DNA from: Eutreptiella sp. 'Long Island Sound 2002'
Taxonomy: Eukaryota > Protista > Euglenida
Reading direction: 5' to 3'
Length of the DNA: 64,000 nt
NCBI GenBank assembly: GCA_964036045.1
Contig: OZ038378.1
Span: 129,580,001-129,644,000, forward strand
In this document: positions 24,303 to 33,712 of the stretch, piece by piece
How positions within the stretch are numbered: the stretch's first letter is position 1
Layout: each line of letters starts with the position of its first letter
Notes under the pieces: generated by a model
Seen by the model: the letters and a program-made list of their open reading frames with translations, nothing else
What the model was told of the DNA's origin: nothing
Database searches by the model: none
Translations under genes and position numbers: made by a program

Positions 24303-25305
24303 CATGCTACAATGGAAGTTGGTGGAAAATGATCCCTTTGAACCATCACTGTCCGGGCAGGACGTCATATCATTTAAGCATGACATTTTCCGGAGCTGGG
24401 CTAGAGTGGTAGGAGATTCAACACTGTCACACCCGCCAATACATCTGGTGACAAAAGAATCTCTGTACAGTACAGGATTTAGCCCGTGGTGGCAACCCAT
24501 AGACAAATTGTGCGGTGGTGTTTTTGGAGTGAACGATTTTTGTATACAGACCTGTTACACGGAGGCTTGGGATGGTATGTTGGGGGGTCGAATAGAAGCT
24601 ATCCTTTGTGATACCCCTCGGCGGAATCATGGGTTGGTGCGCACGTTCTTTCGACCTTTCAAACCTGTGCGTGCTATTCTCCCTGAAATAGTGTGGGATG
24701 AAAAGACACGCACGAACTCCGCGGACGTGGATACCCCACGCTTACGTATTTCTCGTTTCAAAGACAACCTGTACATAGTACTGATGTCTGTTCCAAGACA
24801 TTTTCAACACTTTGTACGAGAAGGTGTCTCAGTGCTGCTTGCCACCGTATATGGCATTGCAGTGAAATGGGAGCCTGATGGTAACTTTGTGGTGTGGGGG
24901 GAGGGTCGTGTATCATCCAATACAGTGGGTATGGTGCAACTGCAACGTGCAGGAGTAGCTTTGGACTTACAACACCTGCCCCCAATTGTGGAGTGGTCCC
25001 GTTAGGTGGATGTATGTTCTCCTCACGCACGCCTGGTATGGCGATCTCAGTTCCCTTCCCTCTTGATGAATTGTCTATGGTATGCACTCTCATCCTTTTC
25101 AGTGCAATTCAACCTGCGGTCTGTGATGTTGGGGGTGGGTGCAAAAAACTACCCTTCCTCTTGGTGGCAACGACCTTTCTTTCGCTTCTTCCACGACAAC
25201 ATCTTGCAGCTTGTGGTGACCTGGTCACAACTGACTTCCTGGATTAATGAGAGTAAACAGTTTCATGGACATATGTCTTCAGGCGGGAGGGGGTGGGTAC
25301 CGTGA
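24303..25305 (+). pseudogene. PLE ORF X, part 3: RT motifs 1/2 (altered), motifs A and B absent, motif C (RFKDN), thumb
   Basis: MLQWKLVENDP...SGQDVISFKHD, then directly HLVTKESL...FSPWWQP...WDGMLGGRI (the B-to-C insert of ORF Y). RISRFKDN (24754-24768), KWEP, EWSR*VDVCSP, YPSSWWQRPFFRFF. One TAG at 25003. Confidence 0.8.
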
Positions 25306-25395
25306 GTCACCACCACTCCACGCCGCCGCCGGCCGGGGCCGACAAGTCGACCCCACGGCCGCCGACGGTGTTCCGAGGTGGTGACTCACGGCTAC
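25297..25395 (-). other. Long GC-rich hairpin starting at the ORF X stop codon
   Basis: 13-bp perfect outer stem ccgtgagtcacca/tggtgactcacgg (25300-25312 with 25379-25391). Inner stems pair better on the minus strand through G-U pairs and close a CTTG loop. Confidence 0.75.
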
Positions 25396-26420
25396 CTATG
25401 TGCAGTTTAATTGTGGAATGGATGTTGGTGCATGTGATGACGTATGGAGTTTGTATGCCTCGTGCATGATTGGCATGTGCTGTATTGGTTTTTTGGTGAC
25501 ATAAAGACATAGGTATTGGATAAGAGAAAGCAATAGCGACACGTACCCCCCCCCCCTTTGTCGTTCCCCACCCCTTGTCGTTCCCCAGGGGGGTGGGGGA
25601 CCGTCACTTGGTCAACCCAAAATTTTTCGTTGCGGCTCATTGTGTTGTTGTGTGGGTGACTGTGTTGTGGGGCACTGCCACTTGTATCCCTTGCACTCAT
25701 GGCGGGACATTTTGCTTACTTTCGCTGAAATGGAACTTGACAGCACAACCATGTTTCCCCCTGGGACCGGACAAATGTGACGGATGATGATAGTGACCTG
25801 AATTCTGACATGGAGGTTGTGTGGGTGAAGAGTGCTCGTGGTGTATGGGGTATGGGACACAGTTTTGGGAACAAGTTGTATTTTACAAGGGACATTCCCG
25901 AAGGGAAATGGGTTCCCAAAAATCTGCTTGCGCCTGCCAAGCCTCCTACCAAGAAGGCAAAACCACCACCCAAGAGTGCTGCCCAAAGCATTCCAGTGGA
26001 AAGTGGAGAGCATGCGCCAAAGTTCAAGGTGAAGTGGAGCAGGACCAAGAAATTTTCAACAAGCTGGTCAAGGAGTAGGTCTCCGTACATGGGCAGCCCT
26101 TTGAACGTATATTATGCTGATTCTTTCGTTTTATGCTGCAATTTCTGTGCCTGCAAATATGCGTGTGCGGTGGTAGTGCGGTCCCCCAGGGGGGGATGGG
26201 GGACCGTCACTTGGTGACCGTCCCCCAGGAGGTGGTGGGGGACCGTCTTCCCTGGGGTGGGGAACGACAAGGGGCGGGGGGGGGGGGGGGGTACTAACCT
26301 TGGTAGATGTATCATTCTGTGTACACTGCATGTCACATTCATGCTTGGACTGCTAATATACATATGTCATCATCTTCGTCTTTGCTTTGTGCCGTCCAAT
26401 TCCCCTGACAACAGCACGGT
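25351..26420 (+). repeat. Direct repeat copy 2 (pseudo-LTR/leader-like), interrupted by ~150 bp of extra sequence and a MITE
   Basis: 25351-25461 and 26362-26420 match consecutive parts of 12774-12945. Confidence 0.85.
25546..26291. mobile_element. 746-bp TIR element (MITE-like) with poly-C termini and TA TSD
   Basis: C11-TTTGTCGTTCCCCACCCC / GGGGTGGGGAACGACAAGGGGC-Gn. TA at 25544-25545 and 26292-26293. Carries a peptide homologous to the one in 17616-18515. Confidence 0.9.
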
Positions 26421-26424
26421 GGCG

Positions 26425-29117
26425 ATGACTAAGCTCATGATCCCTGCGGGTCTCAAGGAATGGTTTGGTAAATCTACCTGTGTTATCCCGGTGCCTTTTA
26501 CCACGATACAAGATGCCTTGAGTGGTGGGGGGAGCCAGAGAGCACCCAGAGTCACCTAGCTTATACTCGAAGAGTGGCGCGCCTCCAAACCTGACATTTG
26601 TGAGCGGGTGTCCCTACCCATAAATTAGGGGCCTGGATGGTACAGATGGAAACAGAGAAACTCAAATAGGTGTGTGATGAAGCACTCCGACGAATACACC
26701 AGCAATCATGTCATTTTGCGTACATGCGCACAGGTGCACCCCACTTCGGGGGCTACCTAGACCATGTTGTCATTCGCTCACCGTCAGATTGGTCACATAT
26801 CCTTGAACCCGAAGCTGTGCACACTTTTTCTGCTAATGCCAGAAATCAGTTTTTTCCTGATCCTGGCACATTGAAAGAACAATTGACAGACATGAGAACT
26901 GCCCTAGAAGGGATGGCGGTTTCACAAATCTCTGTGGAAAGGTGCCAATTTGTTTCAAAAGGTATCTTCGAAGGAGGCATTGTGGAAAATGCAGAGTCCA
27001 GTCTGTGGGCAACAGTCAAGGCAACAGTTGCCACAGGCATACACGCGGCCCCTTGGCTCAATGGAGCACACATCGATGGTTTGCGTTACGATGTTTCGGA
27101 GCTGGACCTTAGGGTCATGGTCTAGGACAAAAAACTAACAAAACTGGGGGCACTGTGCTCGCATCTGTATGATATGCGGCTGTTGGATCCCACTATTTTT
27201 GGTTCCCGTTTCCAACTTTGGGGTTGGGCTGAATCCCCTGCAATTGCAAAACTTGCTTTTACACACATGGTAACCCAACATGCGCGTGAGCATGGAGTTC
27301 TTCAAGACATGTTACAACGTCGTCTAGGCAGAGTCTAGGCAGAGCCTGTCTAGGCCTGCAAGAAGATGCCGATGACTTTCTGTTTGAATGTTTTATGGAG
27401 CCCCTCCCCAACAAGCGCTACCCCAAAGCGCCGGCTTTGTTGTCCCTCCGCAAATGGAAATCAACAGAGTATGACCCAGAAAATCTAGTTTTGAAATGGC
27501 GAGATATTGTCTCCTACAAGTCACACATTTTGCAGAGCTATAGCAGAGTAGTCCCCCGCGCCTTGCAGTTACTGTGTGCTGCCCTACATAGCTCAGGAAT
27601 TTGCCTCGGTTTCCCGAATATGCTTGGTGTTCGTGACCAGCTGAAGTCGGTACAACGGTTTGTTGGACCACATGATCCGATCGCTTTTAGGGAACCGGAC
27701 ATGGACAACATGTTCTGACAGATAGAACGATCTAAAGCGCTACGAGCAATCAAATGGGCTATAGACAGAGCACACACTGACACCCGTGGTAACACACTGT
27801 GGTTTAGTATTGCAAAGGGCCTAGAGAAAGGTCTGGATAGGTTTGGTAAAAATTCTGAGAAGTCCTTTGTTACTCTGTCCGAGTCCGAAGCTCTGAGGTT
27901 TGTAGAATATGACATGACAGAAAATGTCTACCTGACGATTGGTTCTATTATATTATGTCAAGGAGCGAGAGGAATCCCAATAGGGGTTCCTCTCAGCGCA
28001 AATTGCTGAAATTTGGGCATGTTGGAAGGAGTTTACAGGTCTGTTCGGTGATCTCGTCCCCACTGTCCAACAGAAGCTTACTGATATCTCTGCTGATTTT
28101 TCGAAGGCACAAGGGATTCTTGTGCAGTGTATTGTACCAGGAGTTACAGAGCTTGTTGACCATTTCCCTGACAGCCATGTTCAGGCACACAACATGTTCG
28201 TTTTGAAGCATGTACATACAGTGACTCCTGAGACACTGTGTCAGTCACGTTTTTCAGGATGGTGGTCCCCTGCAAACAGAGTCTTCGCCACTGCCCACGT
28301 GGTTGATAAGGCAGTGCATTTCATTCAGACACTCCCTTGGGATGGTGCGGAAGGGGGGAGGCTGCAGAGCATCGTCAGGCATTCAACACGGCGGAATAGG
28401 CGCGTAGTCATGCAGTTCTTCGCAATTTTGATGCTTTGAATGGGGTGGTGGGGGAGATCCTGTCTGCAGATACCATGGGAGCCTTACAGGCCCCTCTTTT
28501 CAGTCCACACCTGTGGTCATCATGTCTAGGTATAGAGACAATGTTTACTTTGCTATGGTGGAAATCTCCCCCCTTCTTGAGGCCCCCATTCTGTTCATTA
28601 TCGAAAAAGTTACTGAAGTGCTGTATAGTATCCGGTTGAAGTGGGAACCCCACAGCCAAGTGACAACCTGGGGTGAATCTTCCATGTTGCGGCATGGTTT
28701 TCACCAAAGTTTTGGTCTGCAGCGCAAAGGAGTGGTCCGGAAACTCAGTGAGGTAGTGAATGGCACGGTGACAGCAGAATGGGAACAGTGGGTCGATACC
28801 CACTCTCCAAATGCCCGCAGTAAGACACTTATTGTCTTACTGTCTTATGTTCTCTCTTCCCCGCTTTGCTCTACAAGTCGCTACAGTACGCTCTAACCAG
28901 AAGAGATGTGATTACTAACCTGAGATCCCTTTTGTGGGGCTGTGGGGTACGTAGATACCCAGATCAATGGTGGCGCCCTATCCTGTACCGGTTTTTCCAC
29001 AGGTTTAGACTGCACAGAATTGTAGGCTTTAAGAACATGATGTGTTGGTTTCAAGAAGGTCAACAGGTTTCAAGTGCCCAAAGTGTTCTTGGCTCTTGCT
29101 ACATGGACATTGTGTGA
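26425..29117 (+). mobile_element. PLE ORF Y: linker plus complete RT without GIY-YIG, decayed
   Basis: MTKLMIPAGLKEW linker; LRKWK...KWRDIVSYKSH (1/2); REPDMDNMF (A); LWFSIAKG...DRFGK (IFD-like); QGARGIPIGVPLSA (B); SRYRDNVYF (C, 28528-28542); KWEP; RRYPDQWWRP. Several stops and frameshifts. Confidence 0.85.
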
Positions 29118-29370
29118 CCACGTGTGACTCATGTGATGCACATATACATAATCTGGATTGAGGGTACAAGACATGAAAGATGAAGGACTGTGATAAGCAT
29201 AGGACAATTTCTGCCCAACTCTTGTTTGCAGTCTATGATCAGTGATGAGTGTTTTGTTGCTTTGTCACTGCTAAAGTAGTTCAGAAGCCCCCTCTCTCTT
29301 GGACAACCTGTCAGTCTCGGTTTAGTGGCACGGCCGCAGAAAGGCAGAGACTCTTAGACACCACTCCTTT

Positions 29371-29380
29371 GATCTTCTAG
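29371..29380 (+). promoter_or_regulatory. Possible splice or trans-splice acceptor (pyrimidine tract + AG) 21 nt upstream of the host ATG
   Basis: ccactcctttgatcttctAG. Function is inferred only. Confidence 0.3.
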
Positions 29381-29401
29381 AGCCTCCTCGTTTTATTTGC
29401 A

Positions 29402-30199
29402 ATGCCGCCCAAAGTCTTGCGCGGATTGCAAGAGGGTGATTCAGACGATGAGGATGTGTCAAAGGATGATAAGAAGAAAAACAAGGATGGTGGTGGGATC
29501 AAAGGGTCCATGCAACGGATGACGATGTACCTAAGTTTTACCACACGAGAAATGAAGAGGCGGAAATTAAGTTGTTGCCTGGGTTGCTGCTCATGTTGGC
29601 TTGTGGTCTTTTGCATGGCGATCCTACTTTCTCTTTTGGACAATGTTCCCGCCATCTTTCTTCGGCTGGCAGAGGTGGAGAAAGGTGAAATTGATTTGCA
29701 GATCATGTCCGAAAAACGGTTTGGTTATTCGATAAACTATCGTCAAATGAAGCAAGAGTTGGCTGGCATCGAAACTAACCAGAAGAACCGCTACAGTTAT
29801 CATTCCCCAAGGATAATCATCCCAAGCAACTTTATGTTCAAGCTAAGTGCCTGTAAGTTGGATGAGATGTGGAAAACGCCGAACTCTGATGGTTACTATG
29901 ACTCCACTTGGGCATACAAGGGCAACAAGGGGGACGAGTCTGATTGTATGATGAACATTGGAATTAGTCTTCGTTGCGTAGTACCGTTGTGCCGAGAAGC
30001 GAGCAAGTTTACCCTCCATGTCATCGACACCCGGAGGGAACAGCGCATGGGTTTCGGCAAGAGCTGGCCATACGGGCCGATTCCGAAAGGGCAGATCATC
30101 ATGGACTTGGCTTTGGCGAGGAACCTCAAAATACGGGAAGGAGACGGAGTGGTGTTGTCTTCGCGGGTGATGCCATATTTGACGGAGGCATTTTCACAA
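29402..30199 (+). CDS. FtsX/MacB-type (ABC3) permease, exon 1
   Basis: ATG 29402. Hydrophobic helix CWLVVFCMAILLSLLDNVPAIFLRLAE, GEIDLQI, GPIPKGQIIMD...LKIREGD (MacB periplasmic-core-like). Donor CAA|gtatga. Confidence 0.85.
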
Positions 30200-30397
30200 G
30201 TATGAAGTTTCACAACATGGATTGTGGTGGGGGGTTGCAATCGAGTGAACCTAACCCCTGATGCCCCCGCCCCCACCCACAGCCATAGTAATTGTTCAAA
30301 GCTTAAGGACGCTTCGCATTAAGTGTGAACATTAGCAACCATAACCTATGATGCATTCATACCAAGCTCACCAAGTCGTGTTCCTCCCTTTCCACAG

Positions 30398-30649
30398 GCG
30401 CGTATCTACGAAAAGCACTCCAAAAACACGACCAGCAACCTGAGTGAGTTCTTCGTGGTCAATATGGTTGTTCGAGTGGCTGCCATTGCCCCGGAGTCAT
30501 ATGGAAAGCTCCCAAATGAAAGAGAGAGCTGGATTTTCATGGAATACTCCACATTCATGGAACAAATTGCCAACCACATGTCGCCCAGCATGGACCAAGA
30601 CACCCGCCAGCAGTTGGCGGCTGTGGACCCTGAAGACTGTGCCACCCAG
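30398..30649 (+). CDS. FtsX/MacB-type permease, exon 2
   Basis: Acceptor ttcctccctttccacag|G; ARIYEK...YGKLPNE...DPEDCATQ; donor CAG|gttttc; phase 0. Confidence 0.85.
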
Positions 30650-30679
30650 GTTTTCGTTGCGCCTGTCTTGGTAGCTTTA

Positions 30680-31717
30680 CCCAGCGTGGGTCATGTTGGG
30701 GCGATTCCACAGTGTTCTCGTGGGATGCTCAAGAGCATAGATTCTTACATTTTCCTAGCGGACGTGACCTGCCACCCACCCATTCAATTGCAGGCTTGTT
30801 GAAGTATGGGGATAGCCTTTTGCCACATTATTGTGTTCTCAACTGTGCCCTCGCATTACCTTGCTTTTTCTTGAAGGGAGATATCCCGACGTTCCCGCAA
30901 GCCATGGACACACATGCGCTCACTTGCTACGGCGAGGGCATGAAACTGGATTATGATTTCTGCACCTCACTAGTGGGCGCACATAACGGAGCAGCTGCCG
31001 CTGGAGCCGCGGAATTTTTCATGGATCTCGTGAGGTCATGATCTAGTAGAAGGGGTGGGCCACATACAAAGAGATGTAGGCCAAATTGGCACCATGTCTC
31101 CCAACCATGGCCCCTTGTCAAGTGAACACATGGCTTGCAATCGCAGAAGACACTTGGTCCCATCCAATATTGGGAGGTTGTGCCCCACAGAAGGGTAGGG
31201 CAATCATACAGACACTCCGTCCACACATCCCAATATCAATATGCCTGTGCGTCATTGTTGGGACTGTGTCTTCTCAGTCATAGATTGGAGCACCTGGCAG
31301 TCGGACATGACCTTGTGATCCCTCCTCCTACCCATTCAACTTCAGGCTTGTTGATGCATCGGCATGGCATCCTACCATGTTGTTGTGTTCTTGATTGTAC
31401 CCTCGCATTACACTACTCGTTCCCAAAGAGAGACATTCATTGCCCAAAGATCCGCCGGTCCATAGACACACATTGCGCTGACGTGCTACAGCTAGGGCAT
31501 GCAGCTAGATTGTGATCCAAAGAGGTGGTTCATCATCTTCACCAGAATTGGCATCATGTCCTCCGCAACCATGCCCCCTTGTTTAGTGAACACACATTGA
31601 AAAATTTGCAAAACATGGCAGGCAACCACAGAAGACACGTAAGTCCCACCCAATATTTGGAGGCTGTGACTCCACTAAAGGGGAGGACAATCACACGCAC
31701 ACACACACACACACACA
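30680..31717 (+). repeat. Diverged tandem duplication (~490-550 bp unit); the second copy is split by the LINE
   Basis: cccattcaa(t/c)t(g/t)caggcttgttga at 30779 and 31331. caatatt(g/t)ggagg(t/c)tgtg at ~31166 and ~31651. Homology resumes at 38838. Confidence 0.75.
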
Positions 31718-31776
31718 GGTGTTTTGTTTGGTGCCTGCCTGCTGGCGACACTGCATACCCAACCGAAAGCCAAACA
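31718..31776 (+). ncRNA. Candidate HDV-like (delta) self-cleaving ribozyme at the LINE 5' end
   Basis: P1 GGUGUU/GACACU with a G1-U wobble; P2 UGUUUGGU/GCCAAACA; P3 GCC/GGC; L3 UGCCUGCU; P1.1 GC/GC; J4/2 CGAAA. No clear P4. Confidence 0.6.
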
Positions 31777-31874
31777 GGCGCGATCCTCGGTGACTCTGTC
31801 ATCACACGGGCTGCTTCTGCCTCCCCCTGGGCTGGTGAAAACCCTGCTTGGCACGACCCCACGGGTCATACAAA

Positions 31875-33668
31875 ATGTCGGGACTTACCCATGAAATTTT
31901 GGAAGCGCTACGTAAACCAGAGCTCCTAGAAGCTCTGGCCGCAGCCATCGCACCACTTCTCAGTGGGAAGAAGGATCTACCGCCGCCGGCGAAAACGACT
32001 ACTGCACGGGAAGAGGAACTCCTTGGCGTCATCCGGGAGCTACGTGGCACGATCCGCGAGTTGCGCGCAGCACTACAAGCGGCAGGGGGTAAATCGGTGC
32101 CCCCAAAGGAGCAGACCGTGGTGGACGAGCAACAGCCCCCCTATCGCGCGGCCCTCACTCGGAGGATGAAAACACAGAGCCGTCTTGTCGTACAGGATGT
32201 CCCAGACCTGGGAGAACCACTGCAGCCAACAGCCACTGCGGTGCATGAAATTGAGGGCAAACACGGCTTCACTGCGGTCCAAGGACACCGCATTTACCAG
32301 GGAGAGCACAAGACTGCACTCAAGTCTTTGCAACAGATAGGTTCAAACAAGCCTGTCCATGATTGGAAGGTCACAGAGGCCACCGCAAAGGCCTTCGAAC
32401 ACGTTTTGCTTGTGGGGCAACCGCTGGCGGAAGCGCACGCAATAGCAGCACATGCCTTAACAAAATATGACAGCATCCAGAGCGTCAGCGCACACGTGCT
32501 AGCGACAAACTGCAGACGGGGAGTGGCCAATGTGCCAGGCATACTGGCAGCGCTTGGCAGTTCACGAGAATGCTTGCATGTCAAGGATTTCGTTCTCAGC
32601 ATCAAGGTCGTTACCAAACGTATGTCTTGGGAAGTCAAGAGAGACCCGGATGTGACTGTGATCCCACCTGAGCACTCCATCCTGCTTTGCTGGGAGCGAC
32701 CCAAAGACGGCGTCGAAGGACAGGACACGGAGCCAGAAGTGCTACCTCAGGACAAGGCTGCCATTCGGATAGTGTGCTGCCTAGACCCTTCCGCACTGCG
32801 CGCGGGACAGGACAGCACCAAAGTCAAGGCATCCCGCTGGGCTGAAAACACGTGCTGGGAGCTGACGGCCCCCCTACTCCAGCCGGCACTCACCAGTCCC
32901 CCACCCATGCAAGTGGGCAAGAGGGGCAGCAAGTATGAAGTCACGGTGGTGCTACCAGCGCCCATGGCTAAGCAGGTGCTCTGCAGCAGTGGCAAAATTG
33001 TCGGCCTGGAATACAGGTTGTTCATGAGCAAAACCATCGATGTCGATGACGTGAAGGCCAACATGGTCTGGGTCAAGCTCCCTCCATCCAACAAGCGCTC
33101 CATTTCGGAGCAGTGGCGTAGATTAAGCAAGCAGCCTTGGTTCGCAGGCCTCATGGCAGGGGACAAGGACGACAGACTCGGGGTACGAGTATGGGGGGGG
33201 GCTGTCTTGCCCGAAACCAGGGAGGAAATCGCAGGACTGTTGGGCATACAACTCACCCCCCTCGTGACACGAGTGAGAGTGAGAGGCTATGGTATTTCTA
33301 TGGGCCTTGTCTCAGGGTCGCAGTCTGCGGCCCAAAGGGAGGCTGACCGCGTTTTCGGCGCTAACACTGTCAAAGTGCAACGATGTCAACACCTGAAGCA
33401 CAGTGGGCTGATCAACCCTGTGTTTGATATGGCTCTTACGGGAGTCCCCCCAGACTGGGAGGGCTGCACTGCACCGGCGAAGGATTCGCGGATGCCTGTC
33501 CGTAGGTGGCACCTATGTCTGCGTACATCCACTGGCCCCTCATACACCCCGGTGGGGAAAAACACGACGCTCCCTGCGGTCCAGGGGTGTGTCTTGCCTG
33601 ATGATGAAGAAATGGAGGACTCGCCTGCAGGAGCCCCCGCGGCAGAGGAGGATGAGAGCATTCTCTGA
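31875..33668 (+). CDS. LINE ORF1 (intact, ~597 aa; coiled-coil N-terminus)
   Basis: Uninterrupted ORF from ATG 31875; EELLGVIRELRGTIRELRAALQ; lies directly upstream of the APE domain. Confidence 0.8.
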   Translation: MSGLTHEILEALRKPELLEALAAAIAPLLSGKKDLPPPAKTTTAREEELLGVIRELRGTIRELRAALQAAGGKSVPPKEQTVVDEQQPPYRAALTRRMKTQSRLVVQDVPDLGEPLQPTATAVHEIEGKHGFTAVQGHRIYQGEHKTALKSLQQIGSNKPVHDWKVTEATAKAFEHVLLVGQPLAEAHAIAAHALTKYDSIQSVSAHVLATNCRRGVANVPGILAALGSSRECLHVKDFVLSIKVVTKRMSWEVKRDPDVTVIPPEHSILLCWERPKDGVEGQDTEPEVLPQDKAAIRIVCCLDPSALRAGQDSTKVKASRWAENTCWELTAPLLQPALTSPPPMQVGKRGSKYEVTVVLPAPMAKQVLCSSGKIVGLEYRLFMSKTIDVDDVKANMVWVKLPPSNKRSISEQWRRLSKQPWFAGLMAGDKDDRLGVRVWGGAVLPETREEIAGLLGIQLTPLVTRVRVRGYGISMGLVSGSQSAAQREADRVFGANTVKVQRCQHLKHSGLINPVFDMALTGVPPDWEGCTAPAKDSRMPVRRWHLCLRTSTGPSYTPVGKNTTLPAVQGCVLPDDEEMEDSPAGAPAAEEDESIL

Positions 33669-33712
33669 ACCCCCCTCCCCCCCCTGGAAGATGGCACTGA
33701 GTTACAGGTCCT

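Noticed and set aside
24530-24620. NDFCIQTCY and GMLGGRIEA as degenerate RT motifs A and B of ORF X
   Set aside because: The segment aligns much better to the B-to-C insert of ORF Y (FSGWWSP...WDGAEGGRLQSI), so motifs A and B are absent rather than mutated.
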